From NCBI GenBank assembly GCA_045533115.1, contig JAZSHF010000005.1:3268-67267 (forward strand): DNA of 64,000 nt. Direction: 5' to 3'. A program made the translations under genes and the position numbers. This document shows positions 19,035 to 27,584 of the stretch, in pieces. The DNA is from Eubacteriales bacterium (GTDB lineage: Bacteria > Bacillota > Clostridia > Oscillospirales > CAG-272). The notes under the pieces are model-generated. The model worked only from the letters and a program-made list of their open reading frames with translations, did not search any database and was not told where the DNA came from. The stretch's first letter is position 1, and each line of letters begins with the position of its first letter.

Positions 19035-19063
19035 ATTGTAAAACAAAAAGTAAAATTTGTCAA
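19035..19063 (-). promoter_or_regulatory. Promoter of the decarboxylase operon
   Basis: On the minus strand: TTGACA at 19063-19058, a 17-nt spacer, TACAAT at 19040-19035. Confidence 0.6.
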
Positions 19064-19139
19064 TGATACGGTGTCAATTTGCAAGAAAAATTTCATATTT
19101 ATTATAATAAAAAATCTCCCCCAAAGGGAGAGGGGGAAA

Positions 19140-19307
19140 TGATATATCGCCTGCGGCGACATGATGCATTTGCTTCGCAAATATGATGTTGCTCCCGTTG
19201 GTCGCAATGATGCGATGTTTGCCACAAAACATTAGGCGAAGCCGACATCATTAGCGTCAGCGGCATCATTAGTAAAACGACATCATTTGCCGAAGGCAAA
19301 CATCATT
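19140..19307. repeat. Array of short hairpins separated by ATGATG (3 copies) then CATCATT (4 copies)
   Basis: ATGATG at 19161, 19183 and 19207. CATCATT at 19246, 19264, 19281 and 19301. Small hairpins lie between them: TCGCCTGCGGCGA, ATTTGCTTCGCAAAT, ATGTTTGCCACAAAACAT and TGCCGAAGGCA. Confidence 0.7.
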
Positions 19308-19349
19308 CAAAAAACGCACCTTTGTCGGTAGACAAAAGTGCGTTTTTTG
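19308..19349. terminator. Bidirectional intrinsic terminator (ends tRNA-Arg on the minus strand)
   Basis: 13-bp stem ACGCACCTTTGTC / GACAAAAGTGCGT with one mismatch, flanked by an A-run and a T-run. Confidence 0.8.
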
Positions 19350-19350
19350 T

Positions 19351-19426
19351 TGGCGCGCCCTAGAGGATTCGAACCTCTGACCTACCGGTTCGTAGCCGGG
19401 CACTCTATCCGCTGAGCTAAGGGCGC
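19351..19426 (-). tRNA. tRNA-Arg (anticodon ACG), CCA encoded
   Basis: The reverse complement GCGCCCTTAGCTCAGCGGATAGAGTGCCCGGCTACGAACCGGTAGGTCAGAGGTTCGAATCCTCTAGGGCGCGCCA folds as a cloverleaf with anticodon loop CTACGAA. Confidence 0.93.
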
Positions 19427-19442
19427 ATTATGGGCGAGATAT

Positions 19443-19471
19443 ATTCTATCACAGTAAGGGTGATTTGTCAA
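19443..19471 (-). promoter_or_regulatory. tRNA-Arg promoter
   Basis: On the minus strand: TTGACA, a 17-nt spacer, TAGAAT. The stretch TTGACAAATCAC also starts the tRNA-Leu promoter at 62446. Confidence 0.65.
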
Positions 19472-19543
19472 GTGATTTTGAAAAATAATTAAATTTGTTT
19501 TTGACGGGAGGGGAGACGCAGAGAATTATCGGAACGCCGTTAT

Positions 19544-19707
19544 ACCTTCTCCGGCGGGAGAAGGTGGCGGCGAAGCCGACGGATGAGGTGTCAAAGAGTA
19601 TATCAAAGCGAATGTAATGAGCTTTGACAATTTCTTTGCTCTCTGAATTGGGAACCTACTCCTCATCCACCACCTTCGGTGGTCCCCCTTCTCCCTCAGG
19701 AGAAGGT
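19544..19707. repeat. Mosaic hairpin repeat
   Basis: ACCTTCTCCGGCGGGAGAAGGT GGCGGCGAAGCCGAC GGATGAGGTGT ... CTCCTCATCC ACCACCTTCGGTGGT CCCCCTTCTCCCTCAGGAGAAGGT. Confidence 0.85.
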
Positions 19708-19739
19708 AAGATATTGCGGCGAAGCGTTCAAACGTTCTC

Positions 19740-19809
19740 GTAGGGGCGACCATTGGTCGCCCGCTCGTTAGTGATGCAATTTTTGCGGGCGAGCAATGCT
19801 CGCCCCTAC
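19740..19809. repeat. REP doublet with two different stems
   Basis: GTAGGGGCGACCATTGGTCGCCC at 19740-19762 and GGGCGAGCAATGCTCGCCCCTAC at 19787-19809. Confidence 0.85.
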
Positions 19810-19853
19810 AAAACCGTGTCAAAACATTCAAACGCTCCCGTATGGGCAAAACG

Positions 19854-20306
19854 TCATTTATTTCCCCTTATTTTCTTAAAAAACTCACTCAAAATCTCTT
19901 TGCATTCCTTTTCCATCACACCGCCGACGATCTCGGGGCGGGAGGAATAAGGATACGATGCAAGATTGATAAGACTTCCGAACGAGCCCTCGCGGTTATC
20001 GAAGGCGCCGAAAACCACCTTTTCAACGCGCGAATTTATAATTGCGCCCGCACACATCGGGCAGGGCTCGAGGGTAACGTAGAGAGTACAGCCCGTCAGG
20101 TGCCAGCCGCCGAGCTTTTGGCAGGCAAGCCGTATTGCGCTCGTTTCGGCGTGGGCGGTCGCATCAAAGGTCGTTTCGCGCTCGTTATGAGCGGAAGCTA
20201 TGACCTCACCGTTTCGGACGATAACGGCACCTATCGGCACCTCGCTCTTCTCTGCCGCCTTTTTCGCTTCCTCGAGCGCGAGGAGCATATATTTTTCGTC
20301 GGACAT
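19854..20306 (-). CDS. tadA: tRNA adenosine(34) deaminase
   Basis: 150-aa ORF with the CDA zinc motifs HAE and PCPMCAGA. Confidence 0.92.
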   Translation of the reverse strand: MSDEKYMLLALEEAKKAAEKSEVPIGAVIVRNGEVIASAHNERETTFDATAHAETSAIRLACQKLGGWHLTGCTLYVTLEPCPMCAGAIINSRVEKVVFGAFDNREGSFGSLINLASYPYSSRPEIVGGVMEKECKEILSEFFKKIRGNK

Positions 20307-20374
20307 AGTGTTACCTCTGTGGGGGAAAAAAGAATGGAGACCTCTTACTTTAGAAGGGTTTGCCGCATTGTTAG

Positions 20375-20552
20375 CCTTCCCTTTGGGGAAGGGGGACCGC
20401 AGGCGTTGCGCCTGCGGTGGATGAGGTTAGCTGTCGAAGACAGCGTTACATATCAAATGTAACATTACTTGAAAAAACGGTTGCTTCGCAACCTAACCTC
20501 ATCCGACTTCGTTCGGCGTTGCCTCACTTAGCCACCTTCCCCAAGGGGAAGG
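20375..20552. repeat. Mosaic hairpin repeat (CCTTCCCC-type)
   Basis: Left arm with GGATGAGGT TAG CTGTCGAAGACAGCG. Centre TTACATATCAAATGTAACATTAC. Right arm with GGTTGCTTCGCAACC TAACCTCATCC ... CCTTCCCCAAGGGGAAGG. Confidence 0.85.
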
Positions 20553-20615
20553 CAAGACGAAATGTCGAAGCGTTTTAATGTTCGTGATAGAGTGAGCGTG
20601 GGAGCCTATTACGCC

Positions 20616-21464
20616 TTACACCCCCGCGCTTATGTACATTCTCTTCATTTCAAGCGCGTCCTCAGCCATCGTTCCCGCGCTTTCACAGATTATACGGGGC
20701 GTGAGGTTATTGAGGTAGAGAACCTTGGATAGGGGTGAAAATTCGGGGCCGTAGACGGTGTCGGTAAAGGTCAGGTGCTTCTTTTCACCGCCCGTTGTGA
20801 ATTCAATCTTTGAAAAATGGCAGTGCAGATTTTTCGCGACATCATCACCGAGGGACGCACCTATCTTATCAAAAACGCGCTTGTAATCGTCCTCACTAAC
20901 GAACACGTTACCGAGGTCTCGGGCATTGAGATGCCCGAAATCAACTACGGGAATAAGCCTCGGGCTTATCTTACAAAGCTCGATGACCTCGTCAAGAGTT
21001 CCGAGCTGATTTATCTTTCCCATCGTTTCAAGACCGAATTTAACCTCGGTCTTTATCTCGTCAAGGGCGCGCGTGATCGTATCGGCGGCAAGAGAAAGCG
21101 CCTCTTCGCGGGTAATTTTCGACGCGCTTCCCGTGTGGATAACTATTCTGTCCGCACCGAGAAGCTCTGCCGCGTGAACGCTTTTTCTGATGTAATCGAG
21201 GCTTTTAAGACGCTTTTCTTCTTCTATTCCCGAAAGTGAGATGAAGTAAGGAGCGTGAAGTGACATAGCGATACCGTATTTTTTCGCTTGCTCGCCGACC
21301 TCTATAAAATTCGCGTCGGAGCCGGTCACGCCGTTTCCGCACTGATACTCGTATGCGTCAAGACCGATCTCGTTTAGCCACTTAGGAGCCTGCTTTGTCG
21401 ATTTGTTTCCCGCGGCATAGAAGCTCTCGGAGTTTCCGCCAGGGCCGAAAAGCGCTCTGCTCAT
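20616..21464 (-). CDS. Xylose-isomerase-like TIM-barrel protein (endonuclease IV superfamily)
   Basis: 282-aa ORF. Motifs SLHAPYFI, IVIHTG and HLNARD resemble AP endonuclease 2 / sugar-phosphate isomerase folds. Exact function is not assignable. Confidence 0.6.
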   Translation of the reverse strand: MSRALFGPGGNSESFYAAGNKSTKQAPKWLNEIGLDAYEYQCGNGVTGSDANFIEVGEQAKKYGIAMSLHAPYFISLSGIEEEKRLKSLDYIRKSVHAAELLGADRIVIHTGSASKITREEALSLAADTITRALDEIKTEVKFGLETMGKINQLGTLDEVIELCKISPRLIPVVDFGHLNARDLGNVFVSEDDYKRVFDKIGASLGDDVAKNLHCHFSKIEFTTGGEKKHLTFTDTVYGPEFSPLSKVLYLNNLTPRIICESAGTMAEDALEMKRMYISAGV

Positions 21465-22138
21465 TCTACTCTCACCGTATCTGCAAGGGTGATAGCGTCA
21501 AGCTTGACGCCGCTGTACGTCATCTTGCTGTTAAAGGACGCCTCGACGCTTACGGTATCGCCCAGCTCAACCTCTACGGTCTTTGTGTAAAGGAGCGTTT
21601 CGCCCTTTACGTTCTGCTCCTGCGATATCTTCTTGGTCGAAAATTCATATTCAACGCCGTCGATGACGAGGACGTTATCGTATCTTGCATTTATACCGAT
21701 GCTGTAATGCTCAAGATAAAGCTCAACGGTAAGATAAGTCTTTCCGTCCTGCGTAAATGCTGTCACGTCGGCACGGAGATTGAGCCTAACGCCTGTGTTT
21801 GAGAGAATGCTCTTCGTTAGGATTATCTCGTCGGGCGTATTTACGGGCGGCTCGGTTTCATCGGGAGTAGTGGTCACCTCGGGAGTTGTAGTTACTTCGG
21901 GAGTTGTAGTTACTTCGGGGGTTGTAGTTACCTCGGGCGTGGTGGTCACCTCGGGCGTTGTAGTTGCCTCCGGAGCAGTCGTATCGGGAACGGTGGTTGT
22001 CGGAACCGTTGTTGTCGCCTTCGGCTCACCGTCGTTACCGCCGCCGTCATTATTCATTATAATGAGCGCCGCCGCAAGCGACACTATCATTATAACGAGA
22101 AGAACGATTATAAACTTTATTGCAACGTCAATTTTCAT
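21461..22138 (-). CDS. Membrane-anchored hypothetical protein with a (PEVTTT)n linker
   Basis: 225-aa ORF with an N-terminal TM helix and six tandem T/P/E/V hexapeptides. The 4-nt overlap with the downstream gene suggests an operon. Confidence 0.7.
   Translation of the reverse strand: MKIDVAIKFIIVLLVIMIVSLAAALIIMNNDGGGNDGEPKATTTVPTTTVPDTTAPEATTTPEVTTTPEVTTTPEVTTTPEVTTTPEVTTTPDETEPPVNTPDEIILTKSILSNTGVRLNLRADVTAFTQDGKTYLTVELYLEHYSIGINARYDNVLVIDGVEYEFSTKKISQEQNVKGETLLYTKTVEVELGDTVSVEASFNSKMTYSGVKLDAITLADTVRVE
21861..21968. repeat. Six tandem 18-bp coding repeats
   Basis: Units TCGGGAGTTGTAGTTACT and variants begin at 21861, 21879, 21897, 21915, 21933 and 21951. Confidence 0.9.
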
Positions 22139-22151
22139 ATTATTTTCTCCT

Positions 22152-23798
22152 TTATTTACTTACAACGGTATACAGCTGCCAGCCGTATTCGTCGGAATAT
22201 GCGGAAACTCTGCCGTCGGAAACGTCGGAAATATACTTAAAAATGAAGGGAAGAACGACGTTTCCCTCGGTGTCTATCATGCCGTAGCCGTTTTCCGTGT
22301 GACAAACTGCAAGGCCCTGAAGGAACGGTCGCGCCTCGTCAAATACCGCCTGAGCGACCCACGAGTTGTCGATATTCAAATAACCGTATCTTCCGTTCTT
22401 TTCGATCAGCATTACGCCGTCGGAATATGCTTCAAGCGAGAAGCCGCCCGGAACCGATACACGCTTGCCCTCTTTGTTATAAATGAGCTTGGTAGTCCTT
22501 ACGGTGTTCGTCGCCGTCTTGGCGTCGAGCAGGGCGTATCGGACTACGACACAGCCGTCGCTGTAATAATACATTCCCATATCGTTTATATCGTTGTTGA
22601 TTCCGGGATAAAAGGTCTGATAGTGCTTTTTGTAGTTGAAATCGGCAGGCTCAACGTAAGGTGAATTGAGTAGCGAAAGGACACGGTTTCCTTTGGTGTC
22701 GATGAATAAGAGCCTGTAATATTCGTAAATTACACAGGCAAGACCGTCGTCGGTGAAGTCGTAAGCCGTAGTGTACTGCGGCTTAATTACGACCTTTCCC
22801 GAGCTTGTTTTGTAGCCGTAGAGAATACGGTAGGAGACCTTGTAAAGCTTTCCGTCCTTTTCGATTATATCGCCCTCGTTCGGCTCGGTTACCGCCGTAT
22901 TTGATTCTTCGGTTGTTACGTTTCTTGCGTTAAAGACGGCGGGCGCATCGGTCGTGTCGGGAGTAGTGGTTTCCTCGGGAGTAGTGGTTTCTTCGGGGGT
23001 AGTCGCGGGCGGCTCGGTCGTCACAACGCCGACCTGCGTAAGCTCCATAACTCTTTCGGCAAAGGGATAAAGATCGACCTTTGACTTCGCGTAATACCTC
23101 GGCGCGTCTATATACATAGGTGAATTTTTGATCTCGCCGCCGTCGGCAGGCAGAAGCCCGTCGGGTGATATCTTGAATAAGCTGCCGCCAATCTTTATGA
23201 TCGGCATACCGTCGAGGGTCTTTTGATACGTCAGCTCAAACTCTAAGTACTCGGAAATTTGCTTTCCGTCCTTGTTGAAAATGGCGTTGACCTTGCCGCG
23301 GTTGACTATCGCGTAGCCGTAATACAGACGTACTCTCGGAAGATCTGCTTGCTTGGTTTCCTTTCTCGTCTTAAGCGTACCGTTTGCGACCTCATAAAAG
23401 ACCTTTTTCGAAACGAGGTGAGTCGTCAGCGAATATTCGCCGCTAAGATACGGCGCGTCGGTCTTGGCAAGAGCGGAGCTGCTTCCAAATTTATCATATG
23501 AAACGGAATATCCGTTTTTCAGCATTTCGTCAAGCGTTTTCAGTTTTTCGAGTATCTCCTTGACGTCGTCGTCATTCATCGGCGGCTGCGTCACCGTCGT
23601 ATCGTCACCGCCCGTCGTTACGTCGGGCTGTGCTGTGCCGTCTGCGGCAGTTGTGTCACCCGCGGTCGTATACACGGTCGGGCGCTTGACGAAGGAGAAG
23701 TCGTATGCTCCGCCGTCGTACAGGATTATCGCGGCGGCCATTGAGAAGAACAGTATAAGAGCGGCGGCTCTTATTACGGTATTTTTCGTCAGCTTCAT
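22152..23798 (-). CDS. Membrane-anchored WG-repeat (KWG-type) protein with a Thr/Pro-rich linker
   Basis: 548-aa ORF with repeated G.YG.I...G..V..P.F motifs (NGRYGYLNIDNSWV, ENGYGMIDTEGNVVLPFIF). Confidence 0.7.
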   Translation of the reverse strand: MKLTKNTVIRAAALILFFSMAAAIILYDGGAYDFSFVKRPTVYTTAGDTTAADGTAQPDVTTGGDDTTVTQPPMNDDDVKEILEKLKTLDEMLKNGYSVSYDKFGSSSALAKTDAPYLSGEYSLTTHLVSKKVFYEVANGTLKTRKETKQADLPRVRLYYGYAIVNRGKVNAIFNKDGKQISEYLEFELTYQKTLDGMPIIKIGGSLFKISPDGLLPADGGEIKNSPMYIDAPRYYAKSKVDLYPFAERVMELTQVGVVTTEPPATTPEETTTPEETTTPDTTDAPAVFNARNVTTEESNTAVTEPNEGDIIEKDGKLYKVSYRILYGYKTSSGKVVIKPQYTTAYDFTDDGLACVIYEYYRLLFIDTKGNRVLSLLNSPYVEPADFNYKKHYQTFYPGINNDINDMGMYYYSDGCVVVRYALLDAKTATNTVRTTKLIYNKEGKRVSVPGGFSLEAYSDGVMLIEKNGRYGYLNIDNSWVAQAVFDEARPFLQGLAVCHTENGYGMIDTEGNVVLPFIFKYISDVSDGRVSAYSDEYGWQLYTVVSK

Positions 23799-23808
23799 TT
23801 TATCTCCG

Positions 23809-24234
23809 TTATTTGTGGTATTTTCCGTTATTGATTATAGTGAAGGCACGGTATATCTGCTCAAGCAGAATCACCCTCATAAGCTGGTGCGGAAAGGTCA
23901 TTTTCGAAAATGAAAGACGCAGGTCACAGCCCGCTTTTACGTCCTCTCCCATTCCGTCGGAATCGCCGATAACGAAAACGATCTCGGAAATTCCGCGTGT
24001 CGGAAGATCGTCAATTTTTGATGCAAGCTCCTCGCTCGACAGCTGCTTACCCTCGACGCAAAGAGCGATCTTATATGCCTTTTTCGGCAAGGCGGGTATC
24101 AACTCGCGGTCGGTCTTGACCTCTTTTATAACGAGGGACGCGTATCCGCTTATTCTTTTTGAATATTCCTTTACCGCGTCGCGCAGGAATTGCTCCTTTA
24201 AGGTGCCGACGCAGAGAACGGTTACGTTTAGCAT
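23809..24234 (-). CDS. rlmH: 23S rRNA (pseudouridine1915-N3)-methyltransferase
   Basis: 141-aa SPOUT-family ORF with an RlmH-like layout (YxKR...L.E.GK..SS..FA...G). The C-terminus PHQLMRVILLEQIYRA is typical. Confidence 0.88.
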   Translation of the reverse strand: MLNVTVLCVGTLKEQFLRDAVKEYSKRISGYASLVIKEVKTDRELIPALPKKAYKIALCVEGKQLSSEELASKIDDLPTRGISEIVFVIGDSDGMGEDVKAGCDLRLSFSKMTFPHQLMRVILLEQIYRAFTIINNGKYHK

Positions 24235-24267
24235 AATATGTCCTTGTTGTTTTTGTCGTTTTTACGC

Positions 24268-24436
24268 GGGAGGGGAACCCCCTCCCCTATTAAATGTAGA
24301 TTGAACGTTGTCTACCTTCTCCAGTGGGAGAAGGTGTCAACCGAAGGTTGACGGATGAGGTGTCTAAAAAGTGAACTTACTCCTCATCCACCACAGGCGT
24401 TCCGCCTGCGGTCCCCCTTCTCCCTCAGGAGAAGGT
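24268..24436. repeat. Degenerate REP followed by a mosaic hairpin repeat
   Basis: GGGAGGGGAACCCCCTCCCCTAT at 24268-24290. The element at 24314-24436 has GTCAACCGAAGGTTGAC and the centre CTAAAAAGTGAACTTACTC. Confidence 0.85.
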
Positions 24437-24471
24437 AAACAACGCGGCGAAACGCTCGAATTTTCGAAATC

Positions 24472-25236
24472 TTACCCCAACAAAACCGTCGCCTCATCGC
24501 GTTTTGCGGCGCTCACGGTGACACCGTAGGGATCGGTCGCTTTTCTGACGGTCGAAACGGCGATCTCGGGGGTATTGTTTTCCTCGCTGAGGTGAGCGAG
24601 CAGAATTTTTTTCGTTCCCTGACGCGCCCACGCGCCCGAAATTTCGGCGCAGTCGTCGTTTGAGAGATGACCGCCGCCCGACAAAATTCTTGCCTTCAGC
24701 ACGGCAGGATAGCTTCCGCACCGTACCATTTCACGGTCGTGATTAGCCTCAATTATTATTGCCTCACAGCCGCAAAGGGAGTCGTAAACGGTCTGCGTAA
24801 CGTAGCCGATGTCGGTAACGGCACCAACCGAAACGCCGTCAAAGTCAAATCTGTATCCGACACAGGCAGAGCTGTCGTGCGGAACGGGGAACGCAGTTAT
24901 TTTGCAACCGCCGATCTCAAGCTTGAACTCCGCTCCGTGGCGGACAAGACACTTGTCAAGCGCGCCGCAGGTGATATTCATCGCATTGGCGCTCATCTCG
25001 GTAATATGTACACGGCAGGGGTGCTTTTTTACCAGCGCCGAAAGGGCGTGAGTGTGGTCGCCGTGCTCGTGTGTAATAAAAATGTCTGAAACGCGAAAAA
25101 GATCAACTCCGAGCTTGTCAAGGGACGAGATCAGCGCCTTCGCGCTTCCGCCTGCGTCGATAAGAAAGGTGTTTTCGCCTGCTTCTATCAGCGTGCAATT
25201 TCCCGACGAGCCGGAATAAAGGGAAATAACTTTCAT
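24472..25236 (-). CDS. MBL-fold metallo-hydrolase (YycJ-like)
   Basis: 254-aa ORF with the motif THEHGDH. Confidence 0.85.
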   Translation of the reverse strand: MKVISLYSGSSGNCTLIEAGENTFLIDAGGSAKALISSLDKLGVDLFRVSDIFITHEHGDHTHALSALVKKHPCRVHITEMSANAMNITCGALDKCLVRHGAEFKLEIGGCKITAFPVPHDSSACVGYRFDFDGVSVGAVTDIGYVTQTVYDSLCGCEAIIIEANHDREMVRCGSYPAVLKARILSGGGHLSNDDCAEISGAWARQGTKKILLAHLSEENNTPEIAVSTVRKATDPYGVTVSAAKRDEATVLLG

Positions 25237-25652
25237 CAGATCTTAAGTCCTAAATTCAAGGTTGCGTACAGATATGCCGTGTCGAAAAGCAGAGTGAAGA
25301 TTATGCCGATGATGATATATAGAAGCGGTCTGCTTTTTTCAAATCGGCGCGCCTGCATCCGAATAATTTCGTCCTTTTCGTTTTCAGTCAGATCGTCGCT
25401 GAGATCGTCTCTTGTCAGAGGACGGAAGGCTCCGCGGTTTATTGCGACGTATACGACCGCAATAACGCCGAGACCTATCCAGTATATGTGTACCGCCGCT
25501 TCAAATTCGAGGGCGATCATTACTTGATATATGGTGAATATCAACGCTGTTATTCCGAAAAGCGCAAATGCCCGTTTTTTCGGAAAGGGCTTTTTCTTTT
25601 TTGCCTCGGTCACACTGACCTGCTTTTTCTTTTTCTTCTTGTATTTTGCCAA
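25236..25652 (-). CDS. Small membrane protein of unknown function with a Lys-rich N-terminus
   Basis: Three predicted TM helices. I prefer the TTG start at 25652 (RBS AAGAGG 6 nt upstream), because the track's start at 25718 lies inside a repeat element. Confidence 0.55.
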   Translation of the reverse strand: MAKYKKKKKKQVSVTEAKKKKPFPKKRAFALFGITALIFTIYQVMIALEFEAAVHIYWIGLGVIAVVYVAINRGAFRPLTRDDLSDDLTENEKDEIIRMQARRFEKSRPLLYIIIGIIFTLLFDTAYLYATLNLGLKI

Positions 25653-25694
25653 GGGGAACCTCTTTATGATAAAAATTATAGTGAACGCTGTTGG

Positions 25695-25927
25695 CCTTCC
25701 CCTTTGGGAAGGTGTCAACCGATAGGTTGACGGATGAGGTTAGCCGTCGCAGACGGCGTTACCAAAGGAAAGTAACATTGTTTTTGTGCGGGAGGGGAGC
25801 CCCTCCCCTACGGAGATAGAGGGGACGCTGTTAGCCTTCCCCTTGGGGAAGGTGTCGGTCGAAGACCGACGGATGAGGTGTAGGCTGCAACGCCGCCATA
25901 CGGAGGTGTCACGAACGTTGTCTTCCT
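25695..25927. repeat. Two left-arm modules with one REP between them
   Basis: First left arm at 25695-25760, then the connector AAAGTAACATTGTTTTTGT, then REP GGGAGGGGAGCCCCTCCC CTAC at 25790-25811. Second left arm at 25835-25900. Confidence 0.85.
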
Positions 25928-27037
25928 TCACTCCGTCACGTCCTCTCCGCGCAGAGCGGCAATTCCGACGCGGAGTGCCTTAGCCGCTGCGCGTCTTTCC
26001 TCGGGGGTTCCTTTTTCGAGCATCGGAAGAAGCGAACGGAAAAATTCACCTATTATGGTCGGATCGTTACGGAGCTGCTCGGTTCCGTAAAGCGGAAGCG
26101 TCAGGTCGCGGATTTCAAGGAAAAACACGCCGTTCATCTCGCTTTCAAGTGCGGTCGTGTCAATATTCAGCGTCGTCGGAACGTATCCGACAAGCTCAAC
26201 TCTCAGGGACGTTTCTTTTTTATATCCCGAAACGAGCGCCGAGATCCGTCTTCGAAGCTCGGAGCCGTCAGTTACGCCCGAAACGTCGAGCTTTTCCCAT
26301 TCGTATGTGTAATTCGAGAATATTTTTTGCTCAAAAATGGGCTTTTTGCTATCAAAAGTAACCTTTATTGCACCCTTTTCGCCCGTTTCACCGAAATCTC
26401 TGCCGTTAAGACATCCGCTGTATGCGTAGGGAACGCCGCCTGCCGTCTTGACGCCGTCGTTCAGATGAATATGACCGAAGCCGCAGTAGTCGAATCCGCT
26501 GTTTTCAATGTCGGAAAGCGACACGGGGCAGTAGGGCGACAAGGGATCGCCAAGCTCTCCGTGACCGCAAAGAATATTTATCTTGCTTTCGTCATCTACC
26601 TTGAAGCTGACGAACGGGCAAGCTTCAAGCACGTTCGTTCCGCAAAACGCGTAGCCGTAGATACGGAGATTCGTTCCCTCGATATCAATATACGAAAGCT
26701 CGGTCGACTTGAAAATATGGACGTTATCGGGGAATACCCCGTCGTAAACTCCGCCCTCGCAAATTGGGTCGTGGTTTCCGGGGGAGATGACGAACTTGGC
26801 TTTCGGCACCGTCGACACGGCATCCTTGAAAAACGCGGCGGTGTCGGCGGAAACGTAAGGCGTGTCGAAAACGTCGCCCGACATAATAACGACGTCGATC
26901 TTTTCCTCTTTGACGGTATTTATTAGCGACAAAAACGACTTTTTCAGCTCGCGTCTCATAAGTGCGGACTGCTCGGGCGTTTTTGAATGGAACGGCGAAT
27001 CGAGATGAATATCGCCGCAGTGAAGGAGTGTCAACAT
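25928..27037 (-). CDS. Metallophosphoesterase, SbcD/YhaO-like DNA repair exonuclease
   Basis: 369-aa ORF with the motifs HCGDIHLD, GDVFD, GNHD and GHIH. Confidence 0.8.
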   Translation of the reverse strand: MLTLLHCGDIHLDSPFHSKTPEQSALMRRELKKSFLSLINTVKEEKIDVVIMSGDVFDTPYVSADTAAFFKDAVSTVPKAKFVISPGNHDPICEGGVYDGVFPDNVHIFKSTELSYIDIEGTNLRIYGYAFCGTNVLEACPFVSFKVDDESKINILCGHGELGDPLSPYCPVSLSDIENSGFDYCGFGHIHLNDGVKTAGGVPYAYSGCLNGRDFGETGEKGAIKVTFDSKKPIFEQKIFSNYTYEWEKLDVSGVTDGSELRRRISALVSGYKKETSLRVELVGYVPTTLNIDTTALESEMNGVFFLEIRDLTLPLYGTEQLRNDPTIIGEFFRSLLPMLEKGTPEERRAAAKALRVGIAALRGEDVTE

Positions 27038-27169
27038 AGTATTTTCTCTTTCGGGACTATATATTTATAGTTATACAGTATAATTATAATAGAAAACAAA
27101 AATTTTTTCAACAGTTTTGTGAAATATTATGTTTGTTTACAAAATTGGATTTTTGCGGTACGTTGTTTT

Positions 27170-27520
27170 ACCTTCTCCAGCGGGAGAAGGTGTCAACCGA
27201 AGGTTGACGGATGAGGTGTTCCACGGGAAATGCATTTGATTTGACGTAATCAAATTTTAATTGTACAATACACCTCATCCGACTTCGTTCGGCTTCGCCT
27301 CTCTCAGCCACCTTCTCCCGCTGGAGAAGGTAAAAAAACGCCCCGAAGCTTCGCCACGTCGTTAGCCTTCCCCTTGGGGGAGGTGGCGAGTGAAACGAGG
27401 CGGATGAGGTTAGGATGCGAAGCATCCGTCACAAAAATAATGTTACTTAATTAATACAACGCCGTCTGCGACGGCTAACCTCATCCGACGCCTTCGGCGC
27501 CACCTTCCCCAAGGGGAAGG
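27170..27520. repeat. Two adjacent complete mosaic hairpin repeats
   Basis: Element 1 at 27170-27333 (ACCTTCTCC type). Element 2 at 27365-27520 (CCTTCCCC type) has the centre CACAAAAATAATGTTACTTAATTAATAC. Confidence 0.9.
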
Positions 27521-27552
27521 CAAGGGTGTGGCGTAGCTTTCTGATCTCCCTA

Positions 27553-27578
27553 ACAAAAAACCGCCGAAAATCGGCGGT
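27553..27578 (-). terminator. Intrinsic terminator after folA
   Basis: CCGCCGAAAATCGGCGG, with a U-run on the minus strand (plus-strand A-run at 27554-27560). Confidence 0.8.
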
Positions 27579-27584
27579 TTTCCA

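Noticed and set aside
19102-19299. 65-aa minus-strand ORF rich in MM, HH and Cys (possible metal-binding peptide)
   Set aside because: It has a TTG start and no RBS. The MM and HH pairs are simply the ATGATG/CATCAT boxes read in frame, and the C-terminus is a translated terminator hairpin.
21780-22664. 294-aa plus-strand ORF with (SGVVVT)n
   Set aside because: It is the antisense reading of the PEVTTT tandem repeat and the WG-repeat gene. The repeat keeps the frame open artificially.
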